A stretch of 17,821 nucleotides of DNA, from contig CM119270.1 in the NCBI GenBank assembly GCA_051294375.1, positions 16,167,794 to 16,185,614 on the forward strand, in the 5' to 3' direction. Source of the DNA: Paraspadella gotoi. Taxonomy: Eukaryota; Animalia; Chaetognatha. The position numbers and the translations under genes were made by a program. Below the pieces are notes generated by a model that was not told where the DNA came from, did not search any database, and saw nothing but the letters and a program-made list of their open reading frames with translations. Shown here one piece after another: positions 1 to 9,399 of the stretch (positions are counted from its first letter, which is position 1; each line of letters begins with the position of its first letter).

Positions 1-40
1 ACTTTTCTTTGGTTGAAGGCTACTCATGTTGGTGATTAGC
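1..40 (+). repeat. Direct repeat R (copy 1, truncated by the window start); identical to 1472-1511
   Basis: ACTTTTCTTTGGTTGAAGGCTACTCATGTTGGTGATTAGC matches 1472-1511 at 40/40. The sequences diverge immediately afterwards (GTAGCATC vs ACTGATTC). Confidence 0.95.
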
Positions 41-614
41 GTAGCATCAAAGTGAGAAAGAGAACTCGCGCTTCATATGAACGAAAGATTGATGACGTAA
101 CTAAAAATGATAAAATTCTGATGTTGTGAGCTCTGGTTAAAACTCTGCGGAAAAAACGTGTGCCAGTTAGCGCCCTAAATTATGCTAAAAATGTCTAGAG
201 TTTTTTTTTGTATGCTAAATATTATGCCAAATTATCTTTTAGCTAATTTAAAGCAAAACTGTTACAAGAGTACAAAAAAATGATTATTATTATTAGAGCC
301 TGTAAAAAATTATTTAGACAGATAAAGCGATGAGCTATATAACCAGTCAAGTCCTGTAAAAGGTGTTTTGCAGCAGTAATTTTCAAACAGACCAACCAAC
401 CAACAGACACCATAGTATTTTGCTCTTGTAAAGTTGCTTTAACATGCTATTACTAGTATTACAGAATTACACAAGCATCTCAGAGGAAAATCGGTATTAA
501 CCAAATACTTTGGCTTTATTGTATAAATGCTAGCAATCCCTTCCTGGTCTCAAAAAATTTTAATGGGAATTAACATGATTGTTATCAAAGAAATAAAAAA
601 TAAAATAAGCAAAT
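40..614 (+). repeat. Duplicated block A; inverted copy at 8891-9730
   Basis: The reverse complement aligns continuously from CGTAGCATCA (40 / 9730) to AATAAGCAAAT at the N gap (614 / 8891). Differences are mostly 1-bp indels plus a 277-bp insert present only in the second copy. Confidence 0.95.
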
Positions 615-730
615 NNNNNNNNNNGTTAATTATTTAATATTTAATATGATAAATATAGCCTAGAAATGCACTCTTGAAAGAAAGGGAAATTAAAAAAAAA
701 TTCTCAAGAAATAAATTAATTTTCGTTCAG

Positions 731-1113
731 ATATATTTATCGAAGACAAATGCCTCTCCGTTTCCAGCCTCGTCGCGATGTTCATTTGTGCGTGGAATCG
801 GCACGGCGGGTCCTCCCCTCTGTCGGCAAAGATCAGACTCATCTGCACTTCTCTCTCCCAACGAACATATGAGCATCTGAGACTGGCGGCCAGAGAGAAG
901 GAAAGAGAGAAGAGATTGATCGAGGAAGGAAAGTTCGTCCCTCAAAGATTCTACGACGAGAGGACTTTGGAGAGGGCATTGAGGGGGAGGGAGGAGGGGG
1001 TGGAGGAGGAGGAAGGGAAAGAGGAGAGGGAGGAAGGGAAAGAGGGGATGAAAAAGGGGAGTAGAGGAAGTAAAGGACTCGAAGAGGAGGTTGTTACGTC
1101 GGAGATGTTGTGA
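731..1113 (+). CDS. Probable 3'-terminal coding exon of an unidentified spliced gene (ordered N-terminal part, E/G/K/R-rich tail)
   Basis: Acceptor TTTTCGTTCAG ends at 730. The phase-1 frame is open from the acceptor: (x)IFIEDKCLSVSSLVAMFICAWNRHGGSSPLSAKIRLICTSLSQRTYEHLRLAAREKEREKRLIEEGKFVPQRFYDERTLERALRG...SEML* (TGA 1111-1113). GC rises sharply relative to the flanks and AATAAA lies 55 bp downstream. The ATG at 778 is probably internal. Family not recognised. Confidence 0.7.
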
Positions 1114-1167
1114 AGAGAGAGAGAGTATGATTAAGGGAAATTTTTTTTCGCATTCGCATTTAGCTTT

Positions 1168-1173
1168 AATAAA
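1168..1173 (+). promoter_or_regulatory. Candidate polyadenylation signal for the 731-1113 exon
   Basis: AATAAA shortly after the stop codon, followed by T/GT-rich sequence (GTTTTTGGTCACTGTT). Confidence 0.5.
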
Positions 1174-1265
1174 TTATACGTTTTTGGTCACTGTTAAATT
1201 TATTATTACTCGAAAATTATATTGTCTCAACTAACGATTTGTTAATTTTTTTTTTTTGTGACCAG

Positions 1266-1335
1266 ATTCTCCAACCGTTTCAATCTGTTTAAGCTAACAT
1301 TCGATGACTCAGCAGGGAGTACTGCAGTTTCATAA
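1266..1335 (+). other. Candidate alternative terminal exon
   Basis: Branch-point-like CTAAC at 1231-1235, a T12 tract and CCAG at 1262-1265. The longest frame is FSNRFNLFKLTFDDSAGSTAVS* (TAA 1333-1335). Splice signals only, no homology evidence. Confidence 0.35.
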
Positions 1336-1471
1336 CTTAATTTGCATATTGCAGTGATTTTAAAACGAGGTTGGATAAAGTTGAATTTATTCTTTAGTCA
1401 AGTATTTTTGTAGTGTAAAGCGTTATTCTGATGTCGTGAATGAAGGAATGCGTTCGAAAAGAAGTCGAGGC

Positions 1472-1511
1472 ACTTTTCTTTGGTTGAAGGCTACTCATGT
1501 TGGTGATTAGC
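1472..1511 (+). repeat. Direct repeat R (copy 2), ending at the rearrangement junction
   Basis: Identical to 1-40; base 1511 is shared with the start of block B. Confidence 0.95.
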
Positions 1512-1857
1512 ACTGATTCGAAGAAGAAAACAAAGATGAAAAGAAAAGAAATTTTAAGTCAAACAAAAAAAAAAATCTGTGGTAAACAAAAAAAGAAGAA
1601 GGGAAAAAGCGAAGAAAAAGGGGAAAAAGTCAAAAGAAAACATTAAAAAAAATCGCGAAAGGTTCTTGTTATTTTTCGGGAAAGGTCACGCAGGATGGAT
1701 GCGAGGGACTCTTGAGGAAGCATATTGTGAAAAGCACTTATCCGGAAAGTGGTGATCTGTAGAAAAAACTCTGGGTAGTTAACCAATAGGAGGTTGGATG
1801 AAATGAGGAAAAGGAAAAATTAAGGATAGATAGATAGATAGATAGTAGATAGATAGG

Positions 1858-2448
1858 TTAGGGGTAGCGCACTCATGGGGTGAGTCGAAAAATTAGAGTT
1901 AGTACATGCTCAACAAATATAGACATTATTAAGAATACTTTCAATGGACAAAAAATTCTAATATGGCTCTATACCCAGTAATTAATTTATATATTTATTT
2001 TATAGATAAGGAAAATGCCAAAAATTTTTTTTTAGAATTTTTTAAATTTTAAGGCCAGATTAGATATTCATAAAAAGTGTCTGACAAAGTATATATTTTT
2101 TAAATATCTTTATGATAAGTGTGTCAAAAATAAGAAACTATAAAAAATCATCATCATCATCATCTTTCGATAATTTTATCAGTTTTTGATAATTTCACTT
2201 TAGAAAACGTAAGATTTTAAAGCTGTAATTAATTCTTGCTTAACTTTTTATGCTCTATACGAATCCATCAAAAAATTTTAGATTTTAAAAAAACATTTTT
2301 TGCACCGTATATAGTTATATAATACTTTTTATTGGCTAGTACCTCGAAGAAAAGCATTTTTGACAAAAATATTTATCCATAATCCTGGTCATAATAGATT
2401 ATTTTAATGGCTGTATACATTAGCTTTTAAATTTCATCGGCTATGGCT

Positions 2449-2450
<2 letters not shown>
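1858..2450. mobile_element. MITE-like non-autonomous element inserted in a (GATA)n microsatellite
   Basis: About 590 bp of AT-rich non-coding DNA with (GATA)n on both sides. Imperfect terminal inverted repeats: TTAGGGGTAGC(C)G, with the extra C seen in the second copy, versus CGGCTATGGCTAA (10/13 match). TA at both ends and a subterminal ACTCA-TGGGG-TGAGT hairpin. Confidence 0.45.
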
Positions 2451-2493
<43 letters not shown>

Positions 2494-2510
2494 GATAGAT
2501 AGATAGATAG

Positions 2511-2570
<60 letters not shown>

Positions 2571-2653
2571 AAGATAGAATAGAAAGATAGATAGATAGAT
2601 AGATAGAATAGAAAGAAAGAAGAAAGAAAGAAAGAAAAAAAAGAAAGAAAGAA
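2451..2653 (+). repeat. Compound microsatellite (GATA)n then (GAAA)n
   Basis: Directly visible tandem GATA units grading into GAAA units. Confidence 0.95.
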
Positions 2654-3214
2654 AAATGGCTCCGTTAACGAAAGTCTTGACGCCCAAAATTCCGTCGACT
2701 GAAAAAGATTAATCTTGAAAAAACGAGTTGAAACGATTTTATGAGAGACGAAAGGCTAAATCGTTTTGTTGTAAATACACAAATAATGAGGCGAAAAGAT
2801 TATGATTATACGAAGTAGTGAGGATCGTTAAAAATTCAAAATATCGTTATTTTTCATTTATATATGAGAAATATCCTCGTTTATTAGACGCAGGTTAAAT
2901 AATTGTTGTCTTTGCACGAACGAAGAGACAAATAATATTTACTATAAATACGTTAGAGAAAAATACGTAATTTCTTTGACTTTTAAGGGTTTAAAATTTA
3001 ACTTTTATTACCAAAAAAACGAATTTAAGTCTTCGTCATCTTTTCTTTTATTATTATTTCAATCATTTTTTAAATTCACCCACAAATAAAAATAAACAGA
3101 CGAGGTTTTTTTTCCTTGAAGATTAAATTCCCGTTGACGCCAACGAAAGCGATAATGACTCCAAAATAAAAAAGTCAATGTTCTTTAAATTTTTAACTTC
3201 AATAAGTCACCCTT

Positions 3215-3247
3215 TCCTTCTTATTCCTTCTTCTTCTTCTTTCTTTT

Positions 3248-3278
<31 letters not shown>

Positions 3279-3310
3279 TCTTCTTCTTTCTTCTTCTTTC
3301 TCCTTCTTTC
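3215..3310 (+). repeat. (TTC)n microsatellite; longer (GAA)n allele at about 12385-12505
   Basis: Directly visible; repeat number differs between the two copies of block B. Confidence 0.9.
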
Positions 3311-3811
3311 TTAACAATGTCCCTTGCCTGATTTACGCCACAAAGTAAACTTATTCGAATTCACGCTCGTCTTTCTCCCGGTCGTCGTCCGGATCTTTTA
3401 GATACTTTTCCTCCTCTTCCTCCTCTTCCTCCCTCTCTCCTTCTTTCGTCTTATCTTTCTCGTTCTCATTCTCACTTTTCCTCCTCTGTCTCCATATTCT
3501 TTATCCTTCCTTTTCCTCTCTCTCTCTCTCTTTTATCTACTATCCTCGGTATCTTGTCATTTATAAAGAGATTGTTTTTATTCGGATATTCATAATATAT
3601 TATTGTAAGTTGTTTCTCCCTTCTCCTCTCGCCTCCCCCCTTCTTCTTCCTCCTCCTCCTCCTCTTCCTCCTTCCACATCCCAAAGATAAAAATCTAAAA
3701 ACGTTCGGATTCTCAAAACCAAATTTTTTTCGTTGTAAGAAACAAAAACCCAAGATTTTTTTCTTTTTTGGGTTTGAATTTTAAATTAAATACAATTTTT
3801 TTTTGTCATTC

Positions 3812-4053
3812 GGAAAAGAAAAGAAAGAGAGAAAGAAAGAAGTGAAAAACAAGAAAGAAAAAAGCAAATAAACAAAAGAAAACAAAATAAAGAAAGAAGG
3901 AAAGAAAAGAAAGAAAGAAGAAAAAAGAAAGAAGAAAAAAAAGAAAGAAAGAAAGAAAGAAAAAAGAAAGAAGAAGAAAGAAAGAAAAAGAAAGAAAAAG
4001 AAAGAAGAAAGAAAGAAAGAAAGAAGGAAAGAAAATAAAAGAAAGAAAAGAAA
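3812..4053 (+). repeat. Degenerate (GAAA)n purine tract; (TTTC)n in the copy at about 11600-11860
   Basis: Directly visible. Confidence 0.9.
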
Positions 4054-4182
4054 GGAGTCTTAAAATAAGATCGAACAAAGGATAAAAGTCCTTAGGAAGA
4101 AAATGAAAACAAGGAAAAAAATTGACCCCGGTTCAGGAGAGATGAACCAAGATAAGAACGCGGGGGAATGAGTAGAGTAAGA

Positions 4183-4725
4183 GGAGAGAGAGAGAGAGAG
4201 GAAGAGAGAGAGAGAGAGAGAGAGAAGAGGAGAGATGAGAGAGAGTCTTCTGAGACGAAAAGAACAATGAATCTAAGTTTTGCGAAGCTAAACTTTTTTA
4301 AGGAATTCGAATATGACACGGCATTAACCGAAGATGACGACGACGACGACGACGACGATAAAATTTATCCAAACTCCAAGCGTAAATGCCATCAAAGATG
4401 TGAACGAATTACAGGTGATAAATGATAGTGAAATCGAACAGAGTTTCGGCACAAAGCAGGAAGCAACTTTGCGATAACCATCAACGCCAACGACGTTGAC
4501 GAGAAAAAAAAACGACAATGACAGAAACGATCATAAACATGACACGAAGACGACCATTCAAAGATGAAATGACGAGGACGCGATTTATCGATGACAACAA
4601 CAACAACCAGGACAAGTGGCTCTCGCTCTCAAAATCGGTTTGTCCCACTTCTTCCCGCGAAATTAAAACAGATCAAGTGTCGACTTTTGTTTGTTTGATG
4701 CGATGTTTTTGTTTGTTTATCTCAT

Positions 4726-4771
<46 letters not shown>

Positions 4772-5011
4772 AGAGAGAGAGAGAGAAGAGAAGAGAGGGA
4801 GAGAGAGAGAGAGAGAGAGAGAAGAGGAGACAGAGGACACCAGAGACAGAGAGAGTAGCGTCTGTGAGTTTCCCAGTCTAATCCTATTTGTGAAAAGTTG
4901 ATTTACTTCTTTTCTTTTCAAATCCGATTCTCCTCCTTAAAATTACTGTCGCTGTCAAGAGGATGACGGACGGAACTGGCGCGCGACGACGACGACGACG
5001 ACGACGACGAC
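4183..5011 (+). repeat. Cluster of short microsatellites: (GA)n 4183-4245, (GAC)n about 4337-4357, (GA)n 4731-4825, (GAC)n 4985-5011
   Basis: Directly visible. Confidence 0.9.
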
Positions 5012-5722
5012 GCCGGCGACCGAAACAATGAAGACGAAGAAGAAAATGGAGCAATTACGAGAAGAACATTAGTTTTTGTTCCAAATTGAGAACCGAAACT
5101 TGTAAAGATATAGGCTCGTATGATAAACTATTCAACTAAAGACACATTGTTTAAAGTATTAAACCAAAATGAAATGGATGTATTGTAAAAAAAAAAAAAG
5201 ATTGTATTAAACAACGAAGAATTCGAAATCGGAAAGAAAAAAAAACAGACCGATGTGCAATTCTTTCTTTTTTTTTTTTGATCGCTCGAATCAGCGGGAG
5301 GTTTTATAATTGAAGATAAACAGTCACAAAAAAAACCGATTGTGTATAAGTAATTCAAGCGAATAGGAAGCACGTAGTAATTTTTTCTTCATTTTATTTC
5401 ACTCGTCACCGCGGATCGAAAAAGTCGTCTCTCACTCAATGCACTTTACTCTGCAATTATTTCTTTTCTGTATCATTCTCCCTCGTCTGTAATTACTCCC
5501 TTGTTGCGACATCGTCTGTAATTAAACTTTGGGTTTCGCGTTCCGTGTTTTTTATTTCTATTTTAATTTGTGGGCGTCTTCTTTGTTTAATTCAAACGGA
5601 TATAAATAGACATCGTGTTTCACTCCGAAATTAGTTTTTCTCTTATTAAACAACGGAAAATCTTCTGCCTCGATAATTCAAGCCAACATCGAACTTTGCG
5701 TCCCGTTCTCCGTCTTTACGTC

Positions 5723-5726
<4 letters not shown>

Positions 5727-5785
<59 letters not shown>

Positions 5786-5800
5786 ACTCTCTTTCTCTCT
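5727..5800 (+). repeat. (CT)n microsatellite
   Basis: Directly visible; the inverted copy of block B starts within this repeat at an N gap. Confidence 0.95.
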
Positions 5801-5856
5801 TCCTCACCACTTGACTAAAAAAAAAATTTAATCTAAAACATACGTAGTTCACTTAC

Positions 5857-6120
5857 AATGAATATCACAGCTGGCCAAGTACGAACCTGTTCGCTAAATC
5901 TGACATGACATGTCAGCATTTACTTTGTGGTCAAGATCAAGATGTCTTATACTTTAACGGCAAGTTCTTGATTTCATGCTTTTTCGAATACATCGCCTGT
6001 ACTATTCCTTGAAACAAAAATAATAAGATACTTGAAGACCATCAGTTTTTTGTTTTGTTTTTTTTTCTAAAAAGTCACAACTCACACCTCTGGTTAAACT
6101 TGTCATAATTTGTGCCAGAT
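5857..6120 (-). other. Two candidate spliced exons (6120-6088/6086 and 6007-5857) separated by a 78-80 bp intron
   Basis: Minus strand shows acceptor CATTTTTTTACTGCAG, donor AG|GTGTGA or GT|GTGAGT, acceptor TTATTTTTGTTTCAAG and donor ATT|GTAAGT. No frame stays open through the second exon as assembled. Confidence 0.3.
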
Positions 6121-6269
6121 CTGCAGTAAAAAAATGATCTGCATATAGCATACAATCTGGCATATCAAAATGTGAAAAAAATTTAAGGTTTTTCGATATA
6201 CAGCATTGGACAGAGTATGAAAAACACTTCCTTTGGTGGGGATGTGCATCGTTTCTAAACTATTGAATA

Positions 6270-6534
6270 TTTAAATAAATTTGGTACCGGACCGATAGGG
6301 AATTTAAATACTATCTATATGCAAATTTCATAAAATCGGATAATCCGTTCAAAAAGTTATGGCAATAAAACAGTCGCGAAAATCGCGCTTCAAATCGATC
6401 AACTTTCGATTAAAACGAACTCGTTTGATCCAATAAGGATTTGAACTACCGTAGTACTAAGCTTTAAACCGAATAATAGCGATTATGCGCGAACCGGGCC
6501 TCATAGAGAAATAAATAGCGAAGCCCGGAAAAAA
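6270..6534 (-). mobile_element. Possible fragment of a non-autonomous Helentron/DINE-like interspersed repeat
   Basis: The minus-strand end reads TTTTTT-CCGGGCTTC...GAGGCCCGG (9-bp stem, 1 mismatch, 6494-6528), resembling the T-run plus terminal stem-loop of such elements. The body (GCAAATTTCATAAAATCGGATAATCCGTTCAAAAAGTTAT) looks like a typical invertebrate non-autonomous repeat. The other end was not found. Confidence 0.3.
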
Positions 6535-6964
6535 GGAATCCTTACAAATTAATCACAAAAATTACATAATTATAACAGATAAAAAGGGAAAAGACAAGAG
6601 AGCCAAGAAATAATAAATGAAAGTATATTGACTAATCCACCAGCAAACTACGATTAAACTAACTCAATTTAGTATCGTTAATTCAAGATTAAAAATTCCT
6701 ATGTCCTTCACGATAATTTTTCATTTTTGAATCATTTTAATTTTATGATAACAGATTTTAATATGATAGCAATAAACTATAATTAAAAGATAATGATGAT
6801 AATGGTAAGTAAATTGATGCAATGAATAAAATTAATTAAACTAATGATGATGACGATAGTTTTAAATATCTAAAATTTGTCATATCTGAATCCGGCTATT
6901 TTATTATGAACAAGTTTGAGAAAACAATGTCGGATTGACTAAGATAATTTAGCGGTAATCAGTT

Positions 6965-7760
6965 AAAAAAGATATGCAAGTTGAAAAAGATATGCAAGTT
7001 GAAAAATATATGCAAGTTGAAAAAGATATGCAAGTTGAAAAAGGTATGCAAGTTGAAAAAAGTATGCAAGTTGAAAAAAGTATGCAAGTTGAAAAAAGTA
7101 TGCAAGTTGAAAAAAGTATGCATACTTGAAAAAAGTATGCATACTTTGAAAAAAGTATGCATACTTTGAAAAATAGTATGCATACTTTGAAAAAATAGTA
7201 TGCATACTTGAAAAGTATGCATACTTGAAAAAGTATGCATATTAAAAAAAGTATGCATATTTAAAAAAAAAAGTATGCATATTTAAAAAAAAGTATGCAT
7301 ACTTTTGAAAAAAGTATGACATAATTGGAAAAAAGTATGATATTTTTAAAAAAAGTATGCCATACTTCAAAAAAGTATGCATACTTTGAAAAAGTATGCA
7401 TACTTGAAAAAAATATGCATATTTAAAAAAAGTATGCATACTTCAAAAAATATGCATACTTTGAAAAAAGTATGCATACTTGAGAAAGTATGCATACTTT
7501 GAAAAAAGTATGCTACTTAAAAAAAGTATGCTACTTGAAAAAAGTATGCATACTTTGAAAAAAGTATGCATATTTTAAATAAGTAAGCTATTTAACAAGG
7601 TATGCATACTTCAAAAAAGTATGCATCCTTCAAAAAAGTATTCCATACTTTGAAAAAAGTATGGCATACTTTGAAAAAAGTATGCATACTTTGAAAAAAG
7701 TTTGCATTCTTCAAAAAAGTAGGGCATACTTTTTTTTAAAATATGCATGCTTTTTTCAAA
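6965..7760. repeat. Minisatellite array, about 40 units of 18-22 bp, mostly a palindromic AAGTATGCATACTT core with A-tract linkers
   Basis: Eight 18-bp units of the AAAAAGATATGCAAGTTG type are followed by AAAAAAGTATGCATACTT(T)G-type units that decay toward 7760. Confidence 0.95.
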
Positions 7761-7771
7761 GTCACGTCACG

Positions 7772-7995
7772 TCAATGAATGACTCTCATCACACAAAAAC
7801 AATGAATGATATCATCCGATCAATGAAGGACTATCATCGCATCAATGAATGATTATCATCGCATCAATGAATGACTATCATCGCATCCATCATTTGGTTA
7901 TCATCGCATCAATCCTTCGGTTATCTTCGCATCAATATTTGGTTATCATCGCATCCAATAATTTGGTTATCATCGCATCAATATTGATTATCATT
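7772..7995 (+). repeat. Second minisatellite, about 10 units of about 22 bp with core TATCATCGCATC
   Basis: The core repeats with linkers that shift from AATGAATGAC/T to AATATTTGGT-like. Confidence 0.9.
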
Positions 7996-8095
7996 AAAGT
8001 AGGCTCGATCCCTATTGCTTTTAAGATTTTATTGAACGTTTTGTCACTATCACATAACAATAATTAATGTCTCTTCAAGAGATAAGATAAGAGAC

Positions 8096-8860
8096 TAACA
8101 AGGGACAAACGACCCTAGAACGCCAATATCACGGGCGTGAAATTCAAAACATTTCATACAGACTGCTTCTAAAACGTAAAAATCACGGTAAAGCCATGTT
8201 GAAATTGGTATTAACTGGCCCGGATCGCCATGATCAATGCTTATTTTAATTGATGTCCTATTGGGATAACCTACGTCAACCATTTTCAATACAGACCGGA
8301 CGCGCTTAACAAAGCTTTTAGCGGGCCAAAACTTGATATCCTTTCTATTTGCTCTTAAATTTATATAAACTCTCTAAATTTACCCCGCTCTACCTGAAAC
8401 AGATAGTAAAACAATACAGTTTTCTTCGATCGTCTTAGACAAAAAAAATTGAAGGCTTGACTATGAAGTTTTCACACGAAAAAAAACCAGTTCATTTGAT
8501 TGCTTATCAAGCAATTGAGATTGCAGATTTTAAATTTTTCTTTTTTTATCTTGTCAAGAAGACCATAGCTATCCGAAACCGTACTGATATGTATGATTTG
8601 TTCTAATTTACAAAGATCTAGCAGGTTTTTGGGAAAAGGAAAAAACGGCCCTGACAGTCATTTAAATCCCATTTTTGGGCATGATAAAATGGGAATTTTC
8701 GATCGCGCTCTACCTCCGTTGAGCTTCCCAAGACGCCAAGCTTTCGAAATCTACCCATATTGATTAATTTATATGGGCCTTGACTATGCAGTTTTGAATA
8801 GAAGTGAATATAAAGAAATCTTGATCGGAGCTTTCGATTCAAACGATGCGCAGCCCTACC
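8096..8860 (-). mobile_element. Possible Helentron/DINE-like non-autonomous element (3' end at about 8097; right boundary uncertain)
   Basis: The minus strand ends ...AGGGTC-GTTT-GTCCCT-TGTT, a terminal hairpin followed by CTTGTT as at the DINE-1 3' end, preceded by the hairpin TCACG-CC-CGTGA. It shares the motif CTTTCGATT(A/C)AAACGA (about 8831) with the fragment at about 6403. Confidence 0.3.
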
Positions 8861-8890
8861 TTTGCAATGTAAATCTGTATTAAATATGCT

Positions 8891-9357
8891 ATTGCTTATT
8901 TATTTTTATTTCTTTGATAACAATCATGTAATTCCCATTAAAATTTTTTGAGACCAGGAAGGATTGCTAGCATTTATACATAAAGCCAAAGTATTTGGTT
9001 AATACCGATTTTCCCTGAGATGCTGTGTAATTCTGTAATACTAGTATAGCATGTTAAAGCAACTTTACAAGAGCCAAAATATATGGTGTCTGTTGGTTGG
9101 TTGTCTGTTTTGAAAATTACTGCTGCAAAACACCTTTTACAGCTTGACTGGTATATAGCTCATCGCTTTATCTGTCTAAATATTTTTTTAGAGGCTCTAA
9201 TATAATAATCATTTTTTTGTACTCTTGTAACAGTTTTGCTTTAAATTACAAAAGATAATTTGGCATAATATTTAGCATACAAAAAAAAACTCTAGACATT
9301 TTTAGCATAATTTAGGGCGCTAAACTGCACACGTTTTTTCCGCAGAGTTTTACCAGG

Positions 9358-9399
<42 letters not shown>

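Larger units (their letters stand above)
1511..5737 (+). repeat. Duplicated block B (about 4.2 kb); inverted copy at 9756-14109
   Basis: CACTGATTCGAAGAAGAAAACAAAG at 1511 is the reverse complement of sequence ending GAATCAGTG at 14109. Colinearity holds throughout (e.g. 3340-3400 vs 12290-12370; 4600-4700 vs 10790-10890; 5560-5737 vs 9756-9930). Confidence 0.97.

Noticed and set aside
4168-4901. Possible long D/N/T-rich coding exon spread over frameshifted ORFs
   Set aside because: Combining both copies of block B gives no consistent open frame. The peptides are low-complexity and microsatellite-driven, with no clear splice boundaries.
5844-6007. Kinase-like words ELAVKV and IFIVSEL on the minus strand
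   Set aside because: This needs several assumed frameshifts, the spacing is shorter than kinase subdomains II-V, and there is no glycine-rich loop or downstream catalytic motifs.
6755-6810. 50-bp exon candidate (ACAG| ... ATG|GTAAGT)
   Set aside because: Stops in all three frames and AT content equal to the flanks.
6965-7995. CRISPR-like array (palindromic repeats; constant core with variable linkers)
   Set aside because: There are no unique spacers: linkers are A-tracts or 9-12 bp related sequences. Context is eukaryotic and there are no cas genes.
6959-8067. Repetitive ORFs (HTFFNL, KKVCKL, VIIAS repeats)
   Set aside because: They are by-products of the minisatellite period, occur on both strands and in several frames, and break where unit length changes.
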